Assembly: GCA_030524315.1 (NCBI GenBank)
Contig: JAUNGU010000002.1
Location: 2,749 to 66,748, forward strand
DNA length: 64,000 nt
Source of the DNA: Peptococcaceae bacterium
GTDB taxonomy: Bacteria > Bacillota > Peptococcia > Peptococcales > Peptococcaceae
Direction: 5' to 3'
Both the position numbers and the translations under genes were made by a program. Under the pieces are notes generated by a model that saw only the letters and a program-made list of their open reading frames with translations, was not told the origin of the DNA and made no database searches. This document shows positions 54,110 to 62,037 of this stretch, piece after piece (positions within the stretch are counted from its first letter, which is position 1; each line of letters begins with the position of its first letter).

Positions 54110-55678
54110 TTAGCTGATTTGTTGGATAAAGAGGGTCGTCTTGTCAGGCATGAGCGCCGATTTGCCATAGCCGCTGATGTAGTAGGAATGGTCGTTGGCG
54201 GCGTAGGTGCCGGCAAAATAGCCCTCGTCCATGCCGTAGAAGCTGTAGCCGCTTTCGTTGGCAGGGGCATCGCCGATTTCCAAGGAGATGCCGAGGATGG
54301 CCGAGAGGTCCTCGACGGTCATGCTAGATGGCGCATTCTGGATGACAAAGCCGAGATCCGCCCAGACGACGCCAGTGGCTACGGCGGTGTTGGATGGGAA
54401 GGTTGGCATGTCAGGAATTTCGACGGTGTATTTTTTCTCTTCGGTGGTGTCGTTGTCGCTCTCCGAGGAAGAGGACGACGAATTGTTGTCACCTGCGGTC
54501 GTGCTATTATCGGAGCTGGTGGTGTTGTCATCGGTGGTTGTGGTGCCGGTGACAGGCGTCGTGTTGGTCAGCTTGACGAGCTTGTAGCCGTCTTCCTCCT
54601 GACTCACATCAGCACTCAGAGGCACCGTGTCGCCGGTGAACTGCACTGCAAAATTGCCACCCTTGGCGCGGAAGACGATGTATTGGTCGTCGCCGACGAC
54701 GCTCAGCGCCCCGGGGCCATAGACACCCGCAAGTTCGGCGTAGGTCTTGCCGATGATGTTGAAGGCGTCGGGATTGACGACGACGTTTTCGGTCATGCTG
54801 CCGTCTTGGCCGACGCGACCGGCCGTGTAGCCCGATTCAAAGATCGGATTGTTGACCAGGCCGCCGTCGGTATCCTTGGCCGAGGAAAGCTGCAAGCGGT
54901 TGGAATTGGTCAGCACAAAGACGTAGGAATCGCCGGTGGTTTCATCGGTGAAGGTGTATTTGTTGTCCTGGAACTTGAGGGGATAGACCTTCTTGCCGAT
55001 GGTCCAGCGATACTCCTTGTCGCCGATTTTCTCGATGACACTGCCTGTGTTATAGTGGCGCCAGTGGCCGACGATGGTGTCCTCAGGCAAAGTCGTGTCA
55101 GGGGCGATGGTCGAGGCGTTCTTGACCTGCTCGGTCGGATCTTCGGGCTCGTTGACGCCGAGGTAGTTGAGAAAGAGATAGACCAGCGCCAGCGCTGCGA
55201 GAATCACACCGATGACCAGAGCCACAGCCGTGAGGATTTTTTTGCGCTTGGCCTTCTTGCTCAGGGGGGCATCCTCGTCCCCATCCTCCAGAGAGGCGAA
55301 GTCGTCATCCTCTGGCGACCAGTCGTTGTCTAACGGCGCATCGCTACCTGCGCCGAGAAGCTCGGCGGCACCTGCGGACGCGTCTGCGTCTGCGGATTCT
55401 GTCGCGTCTGCATCTTCCGCGGACGCCTCGGCGCTTTTGGCGGCAGGCTTCTGATAGGACAGGCGGGCGTCCTTGTCGAATTTTTCGCCGATGCTATAGA
55501 AGAGCGGACGATCCTTTTCGGGGATGTCCGACAAATCGTCGTCATCGTCCGCGTGCGCAGCATTGTCCAGGGGCGGCATCAGGCGCGTCAAATCTGCCGA
55601 ATCGTTGGGCAATGGCTTGCCGCATTTTTCGCAGAATTCACCCTGCTGGTTCTCTGCATTGCAAAAGGGACATTTCAT
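54110..55678 (-). CDS. zinc-ribbon membrane protein with large extracytoplasmic domain
   Basis: MKCPFCNAENQQGEFCEKCG zinc ribbon, acidic linker, one TM helix (ILTAVALVIGVILAALALVYLFL), then a Thr/Ser/Asp-rich low-complexity tract. Confidence 0.7.
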   Translation of the reverse strand: MKCPFCNAENQQGEFCEKCGKPLPNDSADLTRLMPPLDNAAHADDDDDLSDIPEKDRPLFYSIGEKFDKDARLSYQKPAAKSAEASAEDADATESADADASAGAAELLGAGSDAPLDNDWSPEDDDFASLEDGDEDAPLSKKAKRKKILTAVALVIGVILAALALVYLFLNYLGVNEPEDPTEQVKNASTIAPDTTLPEDTIVGHWRHYNTGSVIEKIGDKEYRWTIGKKVYPLKFQDNKYTFTDETTGDSYVFVLTNSNRLQLSSAKDTDGGLVNNPIFESGYTAGRVGQDGSMTENVVVNPDAFNIIGKTYAELAGVYGPGALSVVGDDQYIVFRAKGGNFAVQFTGDTVPLSADVSQEEDGYKLVKLTNTTPVTGTTTTDDNTTSSDNSTTAGDNNSSSSSSESDNDTTEEKKYTVEIPDMPTFPSNTAVATGVVWADLGFVIQNAPSSMTVEDLSAILGISLEIGDAPANESGYSFYGMDEGYFAGTYAANDHSYYISGYGKSALMPDKTTLFIQQIS

Positions 55679-55874
55679 ATGATCATCTCCTTGTGAGAGA
55701 GTGGTTTTTTGGACATATACGTCATTATCCCAAAAATGCCACTACAGCGCAAGTGGCAGGGAAGTTTTGCATATCCAGATATGGTAAAATTCCCGAGCCG
55801 CGTCCGCTGCCCGCGCGCGAAAAACATGGTATACTAGAATTAATTTTACTAGCCTACAGAGAGGAAGGATTCTT

Positions 55875-56546
55875 ATGGAAGAAAAAAATATCACGCGCTC
55901 CTGCATCGACTGCCACGTCGTCAAGTGCCGTCGCGGCGACGACGGCCAGGGTGTCTATCCGGATTTTTGCCTCACGACCCACACTGATGCGGCGACGAAG
56001 GATCGCGCCATGGCGGCACTCATGAGCGAGGAAGAAAATCGCATTGCCGTCGCTGCTGCCGAGGTTGAGGCCGAAGGCTACGGCCGCCGCACCCGCGTCG
56101 AGGAAATCATTCAGTTCGCTCACAAAATCGGCGCCAAAAAACTCGGCATTGCCACCTGCGCAGGACTCCTCGCCGAATCCCGCACGCTGGCAAAAATTCT
56201 CCGCGCCAACGATTTTGAAGTCGTCGGCGCCGCCTGCAAGCTCGGCGCCACGCCCAAGGTCGAGATTGGCATCCCAGCCTATTGCGAGTCCAGCGGCGTC
56301 AACATGTGCAACCCCGTGCTTCAGGCAGAAATTATGAACGACGCCGCAACCGACCTCAACCTCATCGTCGGCCTCTGCGTCGGCCACGACAGCCTCTTTA
56401 TCAAGCACTCCAAGGCCCTCGTCACCAGCGTCGTCACCAAAGACCGCGTCCTCGGCCACAACCCCTGCGTCGCCCTCTACCAGGCCGACAAATATTACAA
56501 GCGCCTTCTAGAAAAGCAGGAGTGGGAGGAGTCACGGACAATCTGA
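55875..56546 (+). CDS. DUF1847-like Cys-rich metal-binding protein
   Basis: N-terminal SCIDCHVVKC...DFC and later CAGLL, AACK, CNP and CVGHD cysteines. GAGGAAGGA RBS. Confidence 0.7.
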   Translation: MEEKNITRSCIDCHVVKCRRGDDGQGVYPDFCLTTHTDAATKDRAMAALMSEEENRIAVAAAEVEAEGYGRRTRVEEIIQFAHKIGAKKLGIATCAGLLAESRTLAKILRANDFEVVGAACKLGATPKVEIGIPAYCESSGVNMCNPVLQAEIMNDAATDLNLIVGLCVGHDSLFIKHSKALVTSVVTKDRVLGHNPCVALYQADKYYKRLLEKQEWEESRTI

Positions 56547-56631
56547 CAAAATAGGGCTGGTAACTCCCGAAGGAATAGGATAAAATGAAATAGTATCTAT
56601 GGCTTTTTATGACAGCAAGAGAGGGGATACG

Positions 56632-57510
56632 ATGAAAACAAAAAAACAATGGATGACGCTTTTTGCGATTGGGTTGCTTTCAGCAGGGATTTTGGCAGGC
56701 TGTGGCAATGGAGATACAGATGCTACCACCAATGCTGGCAGCAGCGCAGTCGAATCGGTGCAAAATGAAGAAAATACAGATACCATCGGCGAGGTCAAAA
56801 GCAACGATGGTGAAACCCTGTCCCTTGAAATTTACAAAAGCAACAAAAAGATCACCAACTATATGAACATGGATGGTGTGACCTTGAAGGCGACTAATAA
56901 AACCACAGACATTGATATCGAAGACGATGCCGTCATCGAGCGTGTCGAAGGCGATGAGATATTGCCAATTGACGCAGAGGACATCGATGCTGGAGATATG
57001 GTCGCCGTCAGCGAAAATAGTGATGGCACACAGCGTATTGTCGTTTTTGTCCATGGCGAAAATAACAACAACAGTCAAATCGTCACGAGTAATGAAACCG
57101 ACAACGATGACCGCGACACAGAAGATACTGACGACAGTGAAGATAAAGATACAGATGACGATCAGAACAGTGATGACCAGAACGCCAACAACGGCACAGA
57201 TGCAAACGGCAATACAAATCAGGGCACGAATGGTCAGGATGCCAACAGTGGTCACCAAGGTGGCAACAACGGCGGTACGACCGTCAATCCTGGTGGCACG
57301 GGCGACCAGGGCGGCACGTCTGGCGGCAATGCCGGCAATCAGGGGGGATCAACAGTGACCCCTGATGGTGGCAGTGGCGGTGGCACATCTGGCGGTGGAA
57401 ATGCGTCGGGCAGTGAAAATACCGGCACTGTTGTTACTGGCAATTCGAATTCGTCCTCAGCACCAGGCACAAATACCGTCACCAGTGGCAACACCACGAC
57501 AATCGAATAA
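56632..57510 (+). CDS. lipoprotein with Asp- and Gly/Asn/Thr-rich disordered C-terminal half
   Basis: Lipobox LAGC. ATG at 56632. Low-complexity C-terminal region. Confidence 0.7.
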   Translation: MKTKKQWMTLFAIGLLSAGILAGCGNGDTDATTNAGSSAVESVQNEENTDTIGEVKSNDGETLSLEIYKSNKKITNYMNMDGVTLKATNKTTDIDIEDDAVIERVEGDEILPIDAEDIDAGDMVAVSENSDGTQRIVVFVHGENNNNSQIVTSNETDNDDRDTEDTDDSEDKDTDDDQNSDDQNANNGTDANGNTNQGTNGQDANSGHQGGNNGGTTVNPGGTGDQGGTSGGNAGNQGGSTVTPDGGSGGGTSGGGNASGSENTGTVVTGNSNSSSAPGTNTVTSGNTTTIE

Positions 57511-57519
57511 TTTGCAAAC

Positions 57520-57560
57520 AAAAATCTCATTCACCAGCGTCGGTGGATGAGATTTTTTTG
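57520..57560 (+). terminator. terminator after the low-complexity lipoprotein gene
   Basis: ATCTCATTCACC...GGTGGATGAGAT stem followed by T6. Confidence 0.75.
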
Positions 57561-57565
57561 AGGTG

Positions 57566-57600
57566 CGAAAAAACGCCGTCCTGCGTGTGCAGAACGGCGC
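57566..57600 (-). terminator. terminator after icd
   Basis: Minus strand CGCCGTTCTGC...GCAGGACGGCG stem followed by TTTTTT. Confidence 0.75.
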
Positions 57601-57613
57601 TGTGCCTGTGGAT

Positions 57614-58825
57614 TTATGCGAGCTTTTCGTCGAGGCGGGCGGCGATGGCATCGAGGAAGGCTTCGGAGGTGACTTCGTGCTTGCCGTCGATGGTGGACAG
57701 GGCCATGAGGTCCTTGGTCATGGTGCCGCTTTCGATGGTTTCGATGGTGGCTGCTTCGAGAGCGTCGGCGAATTTTTGCAGATCGTCGAGGCCGTCTTTT
57801 TCGCCGCGCTTGCGCAGTGCGCCGGTCCAAGCAAAGATGGTGGCGACAGAGTTGGTCGAGGTCTGCTCGCCCTTGAGGTGCTTGTAGTAATGGCGCTGTA
57901 CGGTGCCGTGGGCGGCTTCGTATTCGTAGTAGCCCTCTGGGGAGACAAGGACAGAGGTCATCATCGCCAGGCTGCCGAAGGCGGTGGCCACGAGGTCGCT
58001 CATGACGTCGCCATCGTAGTTTTTGCACGCCCAGATGAAACCGCCTTCGCTACGAACCACGCGGGCCACGGCGTCATCGATGAGGGTGTAGAAATAGGTG
58101 ATGCCGGCTTCTTTGAAGCGGGCCTTGTAATCGCGGTCAAAAATTTCCTGGAAGATATCCTTGAAGCGATGGTCGTAGATTTTGGAGATGGTGTCCTTGG
58201 TGGCAAACCAGACGTCCTGCTTGGTGTCCAGCGCGTAGGTAAAGACGGCGTTGGCAAAGCTTTCGATGGAGGCGTCGCGGTTGTGCATCCCTTGGATGAC
58301 CCCTGGCGCTTCAAAGGTGAAGATTTCTTTTTCTTCGGTGCGTCCGTCGGCGTAATCGACCTTGAGGCTGGCGGTCGCCGGGCCGTCAACGCGCAGCTCG
58401 CTGTTTTTGTAGACATCGCCATAGGCGTGACGCGCAACGGTGATTGGTGCCTTCCAGGTGCGTACGAATGGATGGATGCCGTTTACCAGGATTGGCGCGC
58501 GGAACACAGTGCCGTCGAGGATGGCGCGGATGGTGCCGTTCGGGCTCTTCCACATTTCCTTGAGCTTGTATTCCTCAACGCGGGCAGCGTTTGGCGTGAT
58601 GGTCGCGCACTTGACGCCGACGCCGTATTTTTTGATGGCCTCTGATGCTTCCACAGTGACCTTGTCGTCGGTGGCGTCGCGGTGCTCAAGACCGAGGTCG
58701 TAGTATTCGCTCTTGAGATCGACATAAGGCAGAATCAGCTTGTCCTTGATCCATGCCCAGAGAATACGTGTCATTTCGTCCCCATCCATCTCGACGATAG
58801 GTGTGGTCATTTGAATTTTTTTCAT
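57614..58825 (-). CDS. icd: NADP-dependent isocitrate dehydrogenase, eukaryote-like (type II homodimeric) subfamily
   Basis: VEMDGDEMTRILW, KCATITPNAARVEE, FACKNYDGDVMSD-like (WACKNYDGDVMSD) and AHGTVQRHY motifs. ATG at 58825 follows AAGGAG. Confidence 0.93.
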   Translation of the reverse strand: MKKIQMTTPIVEMDGDEMTRILWAWIKDKLILPYVDLKSEYYDLGLEHRDATDDKVTVEASEAIKKYGVGVKCATITPNAARVEEYKLKEMWKSPNGTIRAILDGTVFRAPILVNGIHPFVRTWKAPITVARHAYGDVYKNSELRVDGPATASLKVDYADGRTEEKEIFTFEAPGVIQGMHNRDASIESFANAVFTYALDTKQDVWFATKDTISKIYDHRFKDIFQEIFDRDYKARFKEAGITYFYTLIDDAVARVVRSEGGFIWACKNYDGDVMSDLVATAFGSLAMMTSVLVSPEGYYEYEAAHGTVQRHYYKHLKGEQTSTNSVATIFAWTGALRKRGEKDGLDDLQKFADALEAATIETIESGTMTKDLMALSTIDGKHEVTSEAFLDAIAARLDEKLA

Positions 58826-58968
58826 CGCTTCAGGACTCCTTTTGTCAATTATCAATATCATGTTATATTTTACTTTAATTGGACGGGTTTGCGCAACTGC
58901 CAGAAAAGCACTTTTTTTATTTTTCAAAGATGTTATAATCAAGATAGAATCACAAAGGAGGTGCGCAC

Positions 58969-60171
58969 ATGAAACACACCCATTCGCGCAGATTGGCAGC
59001 GGCGCTGATTTTGTCGCTGGCGGTGACGAGCCTGCCGGTGGCTGCCGAAGAAAATACCGACCCGGCGCCCCACGAGGAGCAGGGCGAAAATGCTGGCGAC
59101 GTGCAGGTCACCACGCCGACCTCGCCGTATAGTGACGGTCATCAGGAGGCTGACGGTCTGCCAGCAGTCAGCGGCATTCTTCTCGTCAACAAAAAGCATT
59201 CGCTACCAGCCGATTATGCGCCATGCGGCCCGGATCAGAGCAACACCCTCTATGGTGAGGCCGATCAGGCGGCCAAGGATTTTATCGCGGCAGCCAACGC
59301 CCAGGGCTATTCCATGTACATGCTCTCCGGCTATCGCAGCTACAGCGTGCAGCGGGATCTCTTCGCCCGCTACGCCGCCCAGCACGGCGAGGAACGCGCC
59401 AACACCTACTCGGCGCGTGCAGGTCAGAGCGACCACCAGACAGGCCTCGTCTTTGACGTTGGTGACAATGATCACCCAGCCAACAATCTGGAAACGTCCA
59501 TGGACCAATTCCCCGGCACCCAGTGGATGATGGCCCATTGCGCCGATTACGGCTTCATCGTCCGCTTCCCAAAGGGCAAGGAAGCCATCACCGGCTATCA
59601 ATATGAGCCATGGCATTATCGCTACGTTGGCAAAAATGCCGCCAAGGAAATCATGAGCCGTGGCATCACCCTCGAGGAATTCCTCGGTGACACCGACAGT
59701 GGCGTCGACAATGGCCGTCGCATCGCCATCGGCCGCAACGACAATCGCCTCAACGTCGACGGCGCCTATTCAGAGGTGGCCAGCTACAACATCGGCGGCA
59801 ACAATTATTTCCGCCTGCGCGATCTGGCGACCATCCTCACAGGAACGTCTGCCGCCTTCAACGTCGGCTATGACTCCCAGAGTCGCCATATCACCCTGAC
59901 CAGCCACGCGCCAATGACCGAATCGCCGACCCTCGTCAGCTTGAACGGCAACGACGTCGCCGTGCCAAACGGCATCACCGTCCTCGCCGATGGCGCGCCG
60001 GTATTGCCAGCGGCCTACAACATCAACGGCTTCACCTATTTCAAGCTGCGTGATTTGGGCCAGCTCCTCGGCTTCACCGTCGATTGGGACAGCGCCTCAA
60101 AGAGCATGGTCGTCACCACCCAGGCCGACGCCCTCTTGACGACGCTGCTAGAGCCGGTCACCATTCGCTAA
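58969..60171 (+). CDS. secreted M15B (VanY-like) D-alanyl-D-alanine carboxypeptidase with C-terminal stalk-type repeats
   Basis: Signal peptide, then LVNKKHSLPADY, SGYRSY, SDHQTGLVFD and EPWHYRYVG motifs. C-terminal NIGGNNYFRLRDLA and INGFTYFKLRDLG repeats. Confidence 0.85.
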   Translation: MKHTHSRRLAAALILSLAVTSLPVAAEENTDPAPHEEQGENAGDVQVTTPTSPYSDGHQEADGLPAVSGILLVNKKHSLPADYAPCGPDQSNTLYGEADQAAKDFIAAANAQGYSMYMLSGYRSYSVQRDLFARYAAQHGEERANTYSARAGQSDHQTGLVFDVGDNDHPANNLETSMDQFPGTQWMMAHCADYGFIVRFPKGKEAITGYQYEPWHYRYVGKNAAKEIMSRGITLEEFLGDTDSGVDNGRRIAIGRNDNRLNVDGAYSEVASYNIGGNNYFRLRDLATILTGTSAAFNVGYDSQSRHITLTSHAPMTESPTLVSLNGNDVAVPNGITVLADGAPVLPAAYNINGFTYFKLRDLGQLLGFTVDWDSASKSMVVTTQADALLTTLLEPVTIR

Positions 60172-60176
60172 ACAAC

Positions 60177-60208
60177 AAAAGACCGGACACGCGCCGGTCT
60201 TCTTTTTC
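60177..60208 (+). terminator. terminator after the M15 peptidase gene
   Basis: AAGACCGG...CCGGTCTT stem followed by CTTTTT. Confidence 0.7.
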
Positions 60209-60237
60209 TAGAAAATCGTTCGAAAGGAAGGATCATC

Positions 60238-60816
60238 ATGTTTGATTTGGATCACATTGGAGACGAGCTCGAAACCGTTCTTGAGCAAATGGTCGAGCGG
60301 CAAGCGCCCCAGGACGACGACATCTTCGTCATCGGCTGCAGCACCAGCGAGGTCTGCGGCAAGCGCATCGGCAAGGCCGGTAGCCCGCAGGTGGCAGAAA
60401 TTTTCTTCCCAGTGCTGCGTCGCTTTGCCGCCAAGCACCATCTGCACCTCGCTTTTCAGTGCTGCGAGCACCTCAACCGCAGCCTCGTCGTTGAGCGCGA
60501 AACCATGCGCCGCTTCGGCCTGACAGAAGTCTGCGCTGTGCCCCATTACCACGCCGGTGGCTCCATGGCCAGCCAAGCCTATCGCCAATTCACCCATCCC
60601 GTCCTCGTCGAAGGCGTTCACGCAGGCTACGGCCTCGACATTGGCGAAACCATGATCGGCATGCACATGCGCCCCGTCGCCGTGCCAATGCGCCTGGCCC
60701 AACGCAGCATCGGCGAAGCCCGCGCCAACCCAAGCTTCTCCCGCCCACGCCTCATCGGCGGCATCCGCGCCCGCTACACCCTAGAAGACGCCGACCACTT
60801 CGGCGAAGAGGCATGA
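60238..60816 (+). CDS. TIGR01440/UPF0340-like protein
   Basis: IFVIGCSTSEV...FQCCEHLNRSLVVERE pattern typical of this family. Confidence 0.75.
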   Translation: MFDLDHIGDELETVLEQMVERQAPQDDDIFVIGCSTSEVCGKRIGKAGSPQVAEIFFPVLRRFAAKHHLHLAFQCCEHLNRSLVVERETMRRFGLTEVCAVPHYHAGGSMASQAYRQFTHPVLVEGVHAGYGLDIGETMIGMHMRPVAVPMRLAQRSIGEARANPSFSRPRLIGGIRARYTLEDADHFGEEA

Positions 60817-60817
60817 G

Positions 60818-61711
60818 CTAGTGGAATTTGGCGATGAGATTTTTCGCCTTTTCGAGGTAGATTCGTTGGAGGGGTGAAAAATCCAAATCGCTTCGGTAGA
60901 TGAAGCCGACACAGACAGAAATATTGTTGGAGATCAGTATCTTGACAAATTTATCAGACGGGGTAGCCTGAGACTCGAGATAGAGCATATTGCCGAGGTC
61001 GTCCTCGACCATCTGCTCCTGCAGAGGAATGCTATCCACGTGAATGACAGGCGCCTTTTCGTCGTAGAAGGCGATGAGCTGGGAAAACAAGGTGGATTCC
61101 GACGATGCGTTGAGGATGATCGGGTATTTGATAATTGTCGACATAGACAGGGATTTGTAGCCTGCCAGCGGCGATTTGGCATCTGTAAGCAAGCAATAGT
61201 GGGTGCTGCTCAGAGGCAAAAAGGTCAATTCCTCCGGCAGCTCAGTGAGAGAACTATTGTCGGCCCGAAGCACCGGCAGCACGCCAAAGGTTGCCTCCTT
61301 ATTCAGGACAAGATCGATGACATCATTGTTTTTGGCAGAGATGTAATTGATCGGATTGTCAGGATAATTCTTTAGAAAATGGCTGATGATTTTTGGAAAA
61401 TAATAGCGTTTGATATTGGCGTTGAGGGCGACGCTAAGAGAATCCGGTGCTTCGATTTGGCGAAGGAAATGATTGTAGATTTCTTCGTGGAGCGCCATGA
61501 TTTTTGCGACACGTTCATAAAAATATTGTCCATCCTCCGTCAAAGACACCCCGCGCGGGGTGCGAATGAAAAGTGCCGTTTGGAATTCCTTTTCCAACTT
61601 TTTCATGGAGGTACTCAGCGCCTGCTGAGAAATAAACAATTCTTCGCTGGCAGCGGTGAAGGAATGTAGATCTGCGATTTTTGAAAAATAATAGAGCTGT
61701 TCGAGACGCAT
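60818..61711 (-). CDS. LysR family transcriptional regulator
   Basis: MRLEQLYYFSKIADLHSFTAASEELFISQQALSTSMKKLE HTH region. GAGGAGG RBS. Confidence 0.9.
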   Translation of the reverse strand: MRLEQLYYFSKIADLHSFTAASEELFISQQALSTSMKKLEKEFQTALFIRTPRGVSLTEDGQYFYERVAKIMALHEEIYNHFLRQIEAPDSLSVALNANIKRYYFPKIISHFLKNYPDNPINYISAKNNDVIDLVLNKEATFGVLPVLRADNSSLTELPEELTFLPLSSTHYCLLTDAKSPLAGYKSLSMSTIIKYPIILNASSESTLFSQLIAFYDEKAPVIHVDSIPLQEQMVEDDLGNMLYLESQATPSDKFVKILISNNISVCVGFIYRSDLDFSPLQRIYLEKAKNLIAKFH

Positions 61712-61746
61712 GTATTTTCCTCCTCAAAAATAAATTTAGAATCACA

Positions 61747-61758
61747 TTTCATATGAAA
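61747..61758. promoter_or_regulatory. palindrome TTTCATATGAAA (LysR T-N11-A-compatible) upstream of the LysR gene
   Basis: Perfect 12-nt dyad 36 nt upstream of the LysR start at 61711. Confidence 0.4.
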
Positions 61759-61761
61759 AAG

Positions 61762-61808
61762 CGTACTGCTATTCCGTTGGACGATGACGGATTGGCAGTA
61801 CGTTTTTT
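61762..61808. terminator. strong hairpin with T-runs on both sides, between the divergent LysR and phosphodiesterase genes
   Basis: CGTACTGC...GCAGTACG outer stem with inner ATTCCGT/ACGGATT, TTTTTT downstream and AAAAA upstream. Confidence 0.5.
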
Positions 61809-61836
61809 ATTTTTGTAATAAAGCTGGCTTATTGTG

Positions 61837-61866
61837 AGTATAGAATTGTCGTCAGAATCTTGTCAA
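61837..61866 (-). promoter_or_regulatory. minus-strand promoter-like TTGACA-18-TATACT reading toward the hairpin and the LysR gene
   Basis: Reverse complement: TTGACA at 61866-61861, 18-nt spacer, TATACT at 61842-61837. Confidence 0.4.
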
Positions 61867-62037
61867 GTATTTTATCATCTGCCGTCCGCGATGACGAATA
61901 CATACAAATAAAAGATATCCAAAGGATTTGTGGGTAACACATACACAAAAATAAGTACTGTTTTTCATAATAATAAATCTGATTTATCATAAAGCCATGG
62001 AAATGACACAGAAGGATTTACCTAAGGAGGAGACATT

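Noticed and set aside
61751-61816. 21-codon ORF MKKRTAIPLDDDGLAVRFLFL on the plus strand
   Set aside because: It has no Shine-Dalgarno sequence, and it consists of the two arms of the hairpin terminator.
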